Below, one piece after another: positions 30,801 through 38,258 of a stretch of 58,353 nucleotides of DNA (position 1 is its first letter; each line of letters opens with the position of its first letter). Below the pieces are notes generated by a model. The model was not told the origin of the DNA and did no database searches. It saw only the letters and a list, made by a program, of their open reading frames with translations. Made by a program: the position numbers and the translations under genes. The stretch comes from Thermoplasmata archaeon. Lineage in GTDB: Archaea > Thermoplasmatota > Thermoplasmata > RBG-16-68-12 > JAGMCJ01. Location: positions 1-58,353 of the forward strand of contig JBHIFI010000004.1 in NCBI GenBank assembly GCA_046761005.1, read 5' to 3'.

Positions 30801-32625
30801 CTTCACGGTTCGTGTGGTGGATACAGGCTCTCTTTACTCAGATTCCAATCAGGTATCTGCAACGACGACAGAGGGGAACACTCCGCCCTCCGCTGTGATT
30901 CTCAGTTCTCCCACCGATATCACCGACACATCCGTAACCCTGGAATGGACGAGGAATCTCGACGCGGATTTTGCCCTTTACGAGATATATGTATCCCTCA
31001 TTGGGGGCCAGACTGGAACTCTCGTCGCTTCTATACCCGATAGAGATACGCTCTCCTATGTCGTCACGGGACTGCTCTCGGAGACATCTTATTACTTCAC
31101 GGTTCGTGTGGTAGACAACCTCAGACTGTATAGCGACAGCAGTCAGGTCTCCGCTACGACTCTGCCAGCGAACTCGCCACCGCAGGCGGTTTCACTCAAT
31201 GACCCCACAGACATAACAACAAACTCTATGACGCTCACTTGGAGCGAGAGCACCGATTCAGATTTCGCTCGCTACGAAATCTACATCTCCACAATAAGTG
31301 GTCAAATTGGATTTCTGGCCACAATTGTTTCCTCAAGAATCACAACTAGTGTAGTTATCTCAGGACTTTTGCCAATAATGACATATCACTTCACCGTCAG
31401 GGTAGTGGACACGGGCCTTCTGTACTCAGATTCCAATCAGGTCTCAGGAACGACTCTTCCACTCAACCAGGCACCCACACCTGTCGATCTCAGCAATCCA
31501 ACGGATGTCACTAACAACTCGCTTCGTCTATCTTGGTCAATGAATTTGGACGATGACTTTGCGACATATGACATCTTCACGTCAACAAGCGCGGGTTCTC
31601 CTGGCTCCTCAATCGCGATACTGACTGCTAGGAATCAAACCTCATATATCGTCACGGGCCTCTATCAGAATACCAACTACTACTTCACTATCAGGGTCAC
31701 AGACATAGGAGGTCTATTCTCAGACTCCAATCAGGTGACCGCCAAAACGCTTCCAAACAATGATCCTCCGACCCCCGTCCTACTTTATGATCCCATAAAC
31801 ATTGCTGACTATTCCTTGACGTTGATGTGGAGTAGGAACTCCGATTCAGATTTCGCAAGATATGAGATCTACAAGTCGAACGGCACAGACGAGTTGGGGA
31901 CGCTGGCTGCAAACATCACGGTTCAGTCCGTCACTGAATATACATTTTTCAATCTCGAACCTGAAACAACATATTATTTCGTCGTGAGGGTTGTGGATGC
32001 AGTCCTGCAAGCATCGAATAGCAATCAGGTCAGTGCGACTACGCTCAGGGCCTCCGCGTCCGTTGAGGATGACTTGGACAACGATGGTCTCCCCGACTAC
32101 TGGGAGGAAGAGTATTTCAGTGATCTGAGAGAAGGTGCGTTGGGCGATCCTGACGGCGATGGGCTACCAAACATCGTGGAGTACCACGATGGAACAGATC
32201 CCACAGTTCCTGACGAAAGAAGAGAACCGGGATTTCTGGATCAGTATCTTTGGATCATCATGCTAATCCTCGCGCTGATTTTCCTCCTGGGCATGATCTA
32301 TGCTTACTCAGGAAACAAGAGACTCAGAAAACAGATATCAAGGGAAAAAGCCGCCAGAAGAGCGCTCGTTGCCAAACATAAGAGAGAGCTGAAAAGGCTC
32401 CAACCACTTCTCATTCCAGAAATTGAGGTCGGTGTGCCTCCGCCTCCTCCCGGGACCACTCCGGGCGCTCCTGATCGAGTGGAGAAGGTTAGGAAAGCCC
32501 CGTCAACAAAGGTTGTTCCTCGGAAGAAGGTGACTCCAAAGGAGAAGCCCGCCAGGGTGAAGCCAAAACCGAAGAAGGTCAGCTCCATTCCTAAGAAAAA
32601 AGTGCCGCCACCCCCTGAAGATTAG
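24829..32625 (+). CDS. Giant membrane-anchored subtilase (S8) with 4x 217-aa repeats, CARDB, Ig-like domain, 9x fibronectin type III, Ca-binding DxDxDG repeats, TM and Pro/Lys tail
   Basis: Triad AILDTG, HGTHVSG, GTSQAAPHV; oxyanion AASGN; YYGYGRVNA; repeats visible in the translation; DLDNDGLPDYWE / DPDGDGLPN; TM near the C-terminus. Confidence 0.93.
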   Translation: MSCTKVVATIAVFLIASMFSTVLGIYAEPQDEDRTDLISSKVLLDYDREEIYADQVIVGFAEDFDFSTIPEFGARNGLQTLRLYPNLKEAVFGISRSDLDKAMFQIAKDPSVRYVSPNGFYKMSYVPNDSYWGNQWGPKKIKAPDAWNLTKGNSSVVVAILDTGVDYLHEDLSANMWKNPSEDGGAEGVDDDVNGYVDDLYGWNFVNDTKYIMDDNDRRPDDTPDDIYHGTHVSGIVAAVINNSKGIAGLAQVKIMAVKVLARNGTGWMSWIASGIKYAYENGADIISMSLGGSLGSSSVKQQAENAWNNGTLLTAASGNDGTSGVSYPAKYDTVIAVGATNSGDSRAGFSNYGNELELVAPGVNIISCRRQTPPGPGSPYYQYMDGTSQAAPHVSGVAALMFSRYPSYTNMQARLILRNTSVDLGDPGKDIYYGYGRVNAYEALLPQNNDDQAQEITTLGDDKYSFDVNTENFGIVAIKSVSHWLNYPYYLDLYDTPTYSTSLAQTTSYPDDDVAFIAIDGHQLSGNQTYYYWVRHQESGEKYILETENGSISPMPVLSVAAPTTSVMNSTEIIDAFQIQLQTGITYDIGMSVTSSADLDLYAACGDVVTDEDATRSITRSGTAIERLVFAARSNRWCIVVVTNPFKGVSEYTITVDTLPEDEGVSTNLYFGSNAASFPEFAMEVNQQHIGVVAIKSITHEGSDPWYLMIYDNPNYLTPLAYGEAYPNDDVAFIVVDGHLLGSNTTYYPQVFHSTQGHSFAIEMENGSLSGVPEIAPATVRAGDFSSNELFDAYQIYLEEDVMYDIWLNVPAGYDFDLFVICQDLASDNYSFGSVSPSTGADERVIFATNRTGYCAIIVTNPLGGATNYLLGVDYYEEDDGVLAYLLRGSATASSRELVVDVDTSHYAIVGIKSVSHLSNYGYTLDLYDNPNYISSLAHTESYPDYDFSFIAVDGNRLATPATYHPKVDNMAPGYLYHLEIENGSLSGVLDLTFGVPSSGSFTSSELLDAYQIQLQTGLAYDVGLDVPIGADFDLYAACGSIVTDEDSVASNSTFAGVNERLIFAATESAHCLILAVNKFSGSGTYTLTVDVYPEDTGVATHLIYGPATASSEELAIDVIPDHYGLIAIKSVSYYGTSSYDLSLYDNPNYVSSLASTQSYPANDVAFLTMDGHGLPSRTTFYPKVTHPAYGYEFNLEMENGTATGIVDIDVGTPQSGGFTSTEIVDGFQVNLSAGVSYNISLNVPLGFDYDLYLVRGQYRSEEDFDASSVTRTAGADEFIVFVPSIDGSYLIVVTNPLSGSSLYTLAVSTADLSVVDTDVVFSNPNPMEGETVQIGATIRNLGSLNVTSANLRFYDNDPAYNDQIGSAQPISNLVVGNFVYFEVDWDTTNLAGNHTVFAVLSDIDPPDAYDGNNMATRSIEVLPTPQNEKPTISILSPTPGEEVAGEITIQGVASDLDGTVQYVEVKIDIGAWTRANGTNSWNYTWNTTFYTNGAHLVYARAFDGLVFSDVASVGVTVNNTGGVVNVPPEAVVLNAPTNITDHSMRLSWSQSNDSDFAMYELYQSETSGLLGTRIAYVTDRLITWQFAAGLIESTTYYFTVRVIDTGGLYNDSNQVNGTTLLSNLPPTPVILQNPSNITAHTMLLTWSENTDPDFAYYEIYRSQISGITGMLIETISARNMTSYVAAGLNATETYYFLIRVYDTGGLFSDSNQVSGTTLPENSPPAPVTLNPPTDITETTMTLTWSQSMAADFARYEIYQSETPLVLGNLIEILSSQFSTLYVAIGLSPSTTYHFTVRVVDTGGLYADSNQMSGTTLPPNVEPSAVSLSDPTNITSTSMTLSWTENVDTDFARYEIYRSTVMGPIGTRIALIGDRSQTSYIASGLSGSTTYYFTVRVVDTGGLYADSMQVSGTTLPSNVEPTPVILDPPSNVTGSTLVLNWSQNSDPDFARYEIYQSTTLGAVGTMIDDVPFRTQTTYTVTGLTQLTTYYFTVRVVDTGSLYSDSNQVSATTTEGNTPPSAVILSSPTDITDTSVTLEWTRNLDADFALYEIYVSLIGGQTGTLVASIPDRDTLSYVVTGLLSETSYYFTVRVVDNLRLYSDSSQVSATTLPANSPPQAVSLNDPTDITTNSMTLTWSESTDSDFARYEIYISTISGQIGFLATIVSSRITTSVVISGLLPIMTYHFTVRVVDTGLLYSDSNQVSGTTLPLNQAPTPVDLSNPTDVTNNSLRLSWSMNLDDDFATYDIFTSTSAGSPGSSIAILTARNQTSYIVTGLYQNTNYYFTIRVTDIGGLFSDSNQVTAKTLPNNDPPTPVLLYDPINIADYSLTLMWSRNSDSDFARYEIYKSNGTDELGTLAANITVQSVTEYTFFNLEPETTYYFVVRVVDAVLQASNSNQVSATTLRASASVEDDLDNDGLPDYWEEEYFSDLREGALGDPDGDGLPNIVEYHDGTDPTVPDERREPGFLDQYLWIIMLILALIFLLGMIYAYSGNKRLRKQISREKAARRALVAKHKRELKRLQPLLIPEIEVGVPPPPPGTTPGAPDRVEKVRKAPSTKVVPRKKVTPKEKPARVKPKPKKVSSIPKKKVPPPPED
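26221..28760 (+). repeat. Four tandem 651-nt (217-aa) intragenic repeats in the S8 protease
   Basis: [AG]IKS codons start at 26260, 26911, 27562 and 28213, an exact 651-nt period. Confidence 0.9.
29407..32046 (+). repeat. Nine tandem ~294-nt FN3-coding repeats
   Basis: N..P..V.L..P..IT......L.W....DFA.YEIY...YYFTVRVVD.G..YSDSNQVS.TT repeated nine times. Confidence 0.92.
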
Positions 32626-32710
32626 ATTACACATAGGGTATCAAGTAACTGCCTCTTTTCGTGACCGGTAGAGAAAAAAGGTTCATTTGGAATAGGATCG
32701 GGGGATTGAA

Positions 32711-33106
32711 ATGGAAACGATAGAGATTAGGACCTCCTCGAGAACCGAACTCGTGGATATCACCGCCAAAGTGCACAAGGTCGTCAAAGACTCAGGGATA
32801 AGAGACGGGATCTGCCTAGTGTACACGCCTCACACGACAGCGGCCCTCACGATAAATGAGAACGCTGACCCGAGCGTTGGGAAGGACATAACCATGGAAA
32901 CAAACAAAGTGATCCCATTTGAGAATGGATACTCCCACATGGAAGGAAACGCGGCTGCTCACATCAAGTCGTCCCTCCTGGGTTGTTCCGTAACCCTCCC
33001 AGTGGAGAGAAGCAGTCTTCTCCTTGGGACCTGGCAGGGCGTCTTTTTCTGCGAATTCGATGGACCAAGAAACAGAAGAGCTCATGTGAAGGTAGTCCCT
33101 GGATAG
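32711..33106 (+). CDS. yjbQ: YjbQ/UPF0047 family protein
   Basis: PHTTAALTINENADP, HMEGNAAAHIKSSL, LGTWQGVFFCEFDGPR. Confidence 0.93.
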   Translation: METIEIRTSSRTELVDITAKVHKVVKDSGIRDGICLVYTPHTTAALTINENADPSVGKDITMETNKVIPFENGYSHMEGNAAAHIKSSLLGCSVTLPVERSSLLLGTWQGVFFCEFDGPRNRRAHVKVVPG

Positions 33107-33229
33107 CAGTCTCATAGACGGTGAGATAGGCAGATTGACTTGAAGGGTTCGGAGGGGTAGTCGAAAACAGGGGAGGGTTAGCTGGCACTACGGGTCCGAG
33201 AGTCTTATTGTGCAACCTTCTTCCCCGTT

Positions 33230-33254
33230 CTTGTGTATAAATTTTATAGACAAG
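33230..33254. promoter_or_regulatory. Palindromic operator candidate over the TATA box of the PEP-binding-domain gene
   Basis: CTTGTGTATAAA-T-TTTATAGACAAG, 11 of 12 positions paired. Confidence 0.5.
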
Positions 33255-33272
33255 TAAGTCTATTCAAGTAAT

Positions 33273-35012
33273 ATGAAAACGGACGCCCGTTTCACGGACT
33301 TCCAAGTCGATGTTGATTCGCTTCCGTCAGGGTTCAGTCTGCTAGGAGGTGGCTCTGTCGGAGGCAAAGCCATAGGCCTCATGTTCTCCAAATCAGTAAT
33401 TGAGGAGCGGGGTGAAGTGCTATGCGACTATCAAGATAGGCTCAAAATCCCTCGTTCCTGGATTCTTGCAACTGATGTTTTCGATGACTTCGTGGAAATG
33501 AACCAAGTAAACGATGTCGTACAGCTGAAATGTGACGGAGGGATAGATGTTCCAGAAATGAATAGGAGGATCATTGCGGGAAGGCTGCCCTCCCATTGCC
33601 TCGACTTCCTCAAAGGCATCCTCAAGGAGGAGGATAGACCACTAGCGGTCCGATCCTCAAGCTTTCTTGAAGACAGTTTGAGGCATTCATTCGCTGGAAT
33701 ATATCAATCTGTCTTCATTCCCAATGACGGGACTGTGGAGGAGAGAATTGCGCAACTTGAAACTGCAGCGAAGATCGTTTATGTATCCACCTTTGGTGAT
33801 GATGCTAAGGAATACAGGAAAAAGCACGAGATAGCTTGGCGGGATGAGAAAATGGGCGTTCTGATCCAGAGTATGGTGGGATGCCACTATCCCGACGGAC
33901 TCTACTATCCGTTGTTCGCGGGAGTGGCCTTCTCAAGGAACTACTACCCGTGGACGAACAGGATAAGATCGGAGGACGGCGTTGCCAGACTGGTCCTGGG
34001 ACTCGGTACCAGAGCTGTGGGTCGCTATTACGCCAGGGTTTTTTGCCCAGCATTTCCGAGCCTCAGACCAGAGGGCATGGTGGTAGAGGACATAATTAGA
34101 TACTCACAGGAGGTTGCTGACGTTCTGGACTTTAGATCAGGATTGCTAATAGAAGAAGGGATATCGAATCTCAAAGGAGCTAACAATAAACTGCACATGA
34201 TATGCTCGGCCCTTTCTCCGGAGGGCTATCTCACCGAAGCTAGTGCTGGACCTGGAAATGGAGAGAGATTACTGGCCACATTTGATTCGATACTCAATAG
34301 CGACAAGTATATGCCATTCGTCCCCCTGATCAAGAGCCTTTTGCAGAATTTGGAGAGGCGCTTCGGATTGCCTGTGGACATCGAGTTCGCGGTGGATTTC
34401 GAGCCAGCTGAGGATGGAGATGAGAAGGGAATATTCTACCTGCTTCAAGTTAGGCCTCTTGGCGGTAGGCCAGAACATAGGAGGATCAAACTACCGAAAG
34501 ACGTTCCAAAGGAAAAGATTATATTCCGCGCTGAGAAAATCCTGGGAAATGGTGTGAAAAGGAGACTGAGATACATAGTCTTCATCCCTCACACAAAGTA
34601 CGATTTCCAGAAAGGATTCGCAATTGCGCGAGAGATAGGGAATCTGAATAGCACTTTGGAAAACGAGAGTTATATCTTGATAGGGCCAGGAAGGTGGGCA
34701 ACGCAGAATCCAGAACTTGGAATCCCGGTCAGATACGGAGAGATCAGCAACGCCTCCGTCATTGTTGAGGTAAGCTACAAACGCTTCTCGCCCGAGCTCT
34801 CCTACGGCACTCATTTCTTTGGAGACATGTTAGTCACCAACATTTTGTACATCCCTCTCTGGCTAGAAAAGGGGGGATACCTGAACGAGAGGATTCTTTT
34901 GAAAAGCAGAAATCATTGGCACTCGGATGATATTCGGTTAATCGAAATTCCCCAAGGTGTCGATGTCTACGCGGATGGTGAGTCTCATGCCGCTATCGCA
35001 ATGATAAGATAA
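33273..35012 (+). CDS. PEP/pyruvate-binding (PPDK_N, ATP-grasp) domain protein
   Basis: VGGKA.GL, PLAVRSSSFLED...SFAGIY, MGVLIQ, GLGTRAV, PVDIEFA, FYLLQVRP; C-terminal LIGPGRW...PELSYGTHFF. Confidence 0.88.
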   Translation: MKTDARFTDFQVDVDSLPSGFSLLGGGSVGGKAIGLMFSKSVIEERGEVLCDYQDRLKIPRSWILATDVFDDFVEMNQVNDVVQLKCDGGIDVPEMNRRIIAGRLPSHCLDFLKGILKEEDRPLAVRSSSFLEDSLRHSFAGIYQSVFIPNDGTVEERIAQLETAAKIVYVSTFGDDAKEYRKKHEIAWRDEKMGVLIQSMVGCHYPDGLYYPLFAGVAFSRNYYPWTNRIRSEDGVARLVLGLGTRAVGRYYARVFCPAFPSLRPEGMVVEDIIRYSQEVADVLDFRSGLLIEEGISNLKGANNKLHMICSALSPEGYLTEASAGPGNGERLLATFDSILNSDKYMPFVPLIKSLLQNLERRFGLPVDIEFAVDFEPAEDGDEKGIFYLLQVRPLGGRPEHRRIKLPKDVPKEKIIFRAEKILGNGVKRRLRYIVFIPHTKYDFQKGFAIAREIGNLNSTLENESYILIGPGRWATQNPELGIPVRYGEISNASVIVEVSYKRFSPELSYGTHFFGDMLVTNILYIPLWLEKGGYLNERILLKSRNHWHSDDIRLIEIPQGVDVYADGESHAAIAMIR

Positions 35013-35027
35013 CCCCGGTCAGAATCA

Positions 35028-35903
35028 TTATGCAATCCTATTCGATGATCCATTGTTCATCTGTGCCATTCCGGATCTTTCCCATCCGTCTCCAAGAATC
35101 TCACGCAAACATCTCTTTCCTTCCTCCGCGGTTAGAGGCAGTCGGACAACTTGGAATCCCTCGTCACGAAGAAAGAGAAAGAGTTTGGATACCTCTGGAA
35201 GCTCAAGGCCAGCATCACTCATCACATCAGTGGAGGAGAAAGTCTCTCTCTTTGATCCATCAGCGATCTTTCGGCGATTTAGAAGAATCACCCTGTCCGC
35301 CAATTCCACTACAACCTCCACATCCTGGGTGGCGACAAGAAGGGTAACATTGAGAGAGTTCACCAAATCCATCAGCCTCTTTCTTGTTTTGCCATCTAGG
35401 CTTGAACATGGTTCATCCAAGAGAAGGATTCTGGGACGCATTGCGAGTATTCCGGCGATTGCTACCCTCTTTTTCTCGCCGGTGCTCATTTTGTGGGGGA
35501 CGCGGTCGCCGAAATCCTCGATACCGGTGAGCTTCATCGCCTCAGAGACCCGCTCAGAAACCTCCTCAACTGCTAGGCCCAGATTATAGGGTCCGAATGC
35601 AACATCCTCGCGAACAGAGGGCATGAATATCTGATCATCGGGCTCTTGAAAGAGGAAACCTATCCCCCGCCTAAGCTCTTGAGCATTCCCTCTCGTAAGC
35701 TCCTTTCCTGACATCAGAATTCTCCCACTGTCCGGGGAAATCAGTCCCGCCACCAGCTTCAGTATAGTTGACTTTCCAGCACCGTTCGGACCGAGTATTG
35801 CCACCCTCTCGCCCTCTTCGACTCCCAAGGATATGTTTTTGACAGCGAGTCTGCCTTTCTCATAACTAAAGCTCACATCTTCTAGGCGAATCATATCCAC
35901 CAT
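35028..35903 (-). CDS. cbiO: ECF transporter ATPase (CbiO/NikO)
   Basis: GPNGAGKST, FQEPDDQIF, MSTGEKKRVAIAG, LLLDEP. Confidence 0.92.
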   Translation of the reverse strand: MVDMIRLEDVSFSYEKGRLAVKNISLGVEEGERVAILGPNGAGKSTILKLVAGLISPDSGRILMSGKELTRGNAQELRRGIGFLFQEPDDQIFMPSVREDVAFGPYNLGLAVEEVSERVSEAMKLTGIEDFGDRVPHKMSTGEKKRVAIAGILAMRPRILLLDEPCSSLDGKTRKRLMDLVNSLNVTLLVATQDVEVVVELADRVILLNRRKIADGSKRETFSSTDVMSDAGLELPEVSKLFLFLRDEGFQVVRLPLTAEEGKRCLREILGDGWERSGMAQMNNGSSNRIA

Positions 35904-36619
35904 ATCACCCCAAGATTGCCAAGAATTAGAATCAATGAGACAGATGCGACAAACACCCCAAAGCCAACATCCACTGAGGATAACGCTTTCTGAGGACGCA
36001 CTCGAATATCTCCCTTGTATTGCCTGACCAAGAGGGCGTCAAAGATCCTGTCACCTCTCCAGAATGCCCTCACGATTATCATGCCAATCATAGTTGAGAG
36101 CGATTTCATGAATCGACCATCCAGGAGGTGTCTACCCTTTCTCCCTCCCCTGGCCTTTCTGGCTGTCAGTATTCGTCTCATCTCGTCATTGAAGAGATGA
36201 ATGTATCGATATGTGAATAGCACCAGAATGAGGAGAATTCTTGGAACCCCTAGACGTCTGAGGCCCTCAATCAGGTCTAGCAGAGATGTGGTTCCAGAAA
36301 GCAATATAACCGCCAGAACGCAGGTGGAAATCCTGATGAGCATAGCCAGCGCACTCAGCGGAGAGCCCACGAGGTAAAGGCTGAGACTTGCAAAGCCGAT
36401 GAAGGGCATCGAGAAAAGGAAACGGGTAACAAGAAGCTTTGGAGGAACCCGAGAAAAAAGGAGAAGTGCGAGCACAAACAACAGAGAAAGGAGAAGAACG
36501 TTCAGTTCGACGGAGATGGCGACCACAGAAATGAAGAGGAGCAACGAGACTATTTTCACTCTCGCATCGATAGAGCCAAGAGCAGATTCACCGGGATCAG
36601 GAGTGCTAGGTCCGTTCAT
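35891..36619 (-). CDS. cbiQ: ECF transporter T component (CbiQ/NikQ)
   Basis: DARVKI, multiple TMs, YRYI.LF..E..R...ARKARG, RA..RGDRI. Confidence 0.9.
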   Translation of the reverse strand: MNGPSTPDPGESALGSIDARVKIVSLLLFISVVAISVELNVLLLSLLFVLALLLFSRVPPKLLVTRFLFSMPFIGFASLSLYLVGSPLSALAMLIRISTCVLAVILLSGTTSLLDLIEGLRRLGVPRILLILVLFTYRYIHLFNDEMRRILTARKARGGRKGRHLLDGRFMKSLSTMIGMIIVRAFWRGDRIFDALLVRQYKGDIRVRPQKALSSVDVGFGVFVASVSLILILGNLGVIWWI

Positions 36620-36884
36620 TTCTTCTCCTCACGCTCATGCCCAGTCCGATTGTAAGGAGGAGAGTAAGAACCAGGCCCACGAGTCCAGCGAGAAAGGCGG
36701 TGAAATAGTCACTTCCATAGTCAAGAGGAGCCCGAAAGAAAGGCTCTTCTTCCTCGACATTCCCACGTTCCATCGTCTTTTCCAGGCCGTCCGCAAGCTC
36801 GCTGGAGAAGGCAAAGAAGAGAACGAGACCTACGGCCAGTATGAGTAACACGGCAAGGATGGCTTTGAGATAAGGAACCTTCAT
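36606..36884 (-). CDS. PDGLE-type accessory component (NikN/CbiN-like)
   Basis: TM-ADGLEK...APLDYG-TM. Confidence 0.85.
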   Translation of the reverse strand: MKVPYLKAILAVLLILAVGLVLFFAFSSELADGLEKTMERGNVEEEEPFFRAPLDYGSDYFTAFLAGLVGLVLTLLLTIGLGMSVRRRNERT

Positions 36885-37555
36885 TGAAGACTCACCTCCT
36901 CCTTTGAAAAGAGTGCCAACTTGGGCATCTTCAAGACCTCTGGAGAAACCCTTGAAATGAAGACGTATGTCCCCGTTGAGATGATGCCTTCTCCAATGCC
37001 TATAAGAGCATGGTAGCCCAGCATTGCGGGAAAGGCAATAGTTCCTACTATGCCATACGTTCCTCCGCTAACTGTATAGCTGAGAGATAGCTCCGTTGCA
37101 CACAATGCTGCCCCTAGAAAAATAGAGAGCCAGGATGCCATAAATACAGCAATCTCCAAATTCTGGCTTCTCAATCCTCTGAAGACAGACCATCCGACGA
37201 AGGAGCCCACGATTGCCATGTTGAGTATATTCAGACCTAGAGCGGTTATGCCCCCATCTCCGAAAACCAGACCTTGGACCAGTAGAATCGTCAGCATGAC
37301 AATCATGGCTGTCCACGGACCTAGAATAATGGCTATGAGTGCTGCACCGACGAAATGACCAGAGGTCCCGCCCAAAACCGGAAAATTGAGCATCTGGGCG
37401 ACAAAAACCGCGGCGGCTAGTACGCCCATTACCGGAATCTGTCTTTCATCCAGCCTCTTGTTCGCGGTGTAGATGGCAATCCCAACGAAGACTATCGCGA
37501 TAACCCATCCTACCCCAACAAGGAAAGGATCCATAAGGCCATCAGGTATGTGCAC
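36881..37555 (-). CDS. cbiM: Ni/Co ECF substrate-binding component (CbiM/NikM)
   Basis: GTG start gives the metal-binding N-terminus MHIPDG; AQMLNFP..GGTSGH, QGLVFGDGGITALGLN, IGIGEG. Confidence 0.95.
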   Translation of the reverse strand: MHIPDGLMDPFLVGVGWVIAIVFVGIAIYTANKRLDERQIPVMGVLAAAVFVAQMLNFPVLGGTSGHFVGAALIAIILGPWTAMIVMLTILLVQGLVFGDGGITALGLNILNMAIVGSFVGWSVFRGLRSQNLEIAVFMASWLSIFLGAALCATELSLSYTVSGGTYGIVGTIAFPAMLGYHALIGIGEGIISTGTYVFISRVSPEVLKMPKLALFSKEEVSLQ

Positions 37556-37565
37556 GGTTTTCTCT

Positions 37566-37596
37566 CCGTAGCACGACTTCCTTTTTCGTGCTACGG
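37566..37596. promoter_or_regulatory. Candidate NikR operator
   Basis: Perfect 11-bp inverted repeat CCGTAGCACGA-N9-TCGTGCTACGG between the minus-strand TATA (37613-37619) and the cbiM start. Confidence 0.7.
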
Positions 37597-37722
37597 TAGT
37601 AGCTGTACTTGGTAATAAATCTTTGGAAACTAGATGAGATGCCTCCCTTAGCCTAGCTTGTGAGGTTTTGTCACCTAGAGAGCAATGAATAAGATATAGA
37701 GACCTCATAAGGGCTTGATAAC

Positions 37723-38136
37723 ATGGAAAAGGTCACACGATTCGGTGTTTCCATCGAACCAGAGCTTCTGGAGAAATTCGATATGCTCATAAGGAAGAGG
37801 GGATACGAAAACAGGTCCAAGGCCGTCAGAGATCTCATGAGAGAGGAGATCGCTCGGACGGAGGCGGAAAAGGACACAGGCCGAGTGGTTGGAACGCTCA
37901 CCCTAATCTACAATCACGAAGCCGGGGAGGTTACAGACCGATTACTCCATGCCCAGCATCACCATCACAGAATAATAGCCTCCACGGCACATATGCACAT
38001 AGACAAAAGAAACTGTTTGGAAGTTCTCATGGTTCACGGAAAAGCGAAGGAGGTTCGAGACTTCGCCAACAAATTAGTCGCTACAAGAGGAGTCAAGCAC
38101 GGGAGGCTTGTGATATCTTCTACAGATATTCTCTGA
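37723..38136 (+). CDS. nikR: Nickel-responsive regulator NikR
   Basis: RFGVSI, GYENRSKAVRDLMR, YNH, QHHHH, H.H.D..NCLEV, GVKHGRL. Confidence 0.96.
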   Translation: MEKVTRFGVSIEPELLEKFDMLIRKRGYENRSKAVRDLMREEIARTEAEKDTGRVVGTLTLIYNHEAGEVTDRLLHAQHHHHRIIASTAHMHIDKRNCLEVLMVHGKAKEVRDFANKLVATRGVKHGRLVISSTDIL

Positions 38137-38258
38137 CAGTGAATACTCACCAAACAGTAACATATCGTTTTCCAACCACATACTAATACGGGACTGTTCC
38201 TCATTTCCCCTGAAGAACGTTCTATCAGAAACGTAAAATGTTTGACCTTCCTGATTCG

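Noticed and set aside
34975-35012. SHAAI at the C-terminus matching the PEP-utiliser phospho-His motif
   Set aside because: It lies in the last strand after VYADG, too close to the end to be the swivel-domain active helix; the GTHFF histidine is the better candidate.
37556-37708. 51-aa N-terminal extension of cbiM in the ORF track
   Set aside because: CbiM/NikM needs a free MH N-terminus, the extension is not a signal peptide, and the region holds the promoter and operator.
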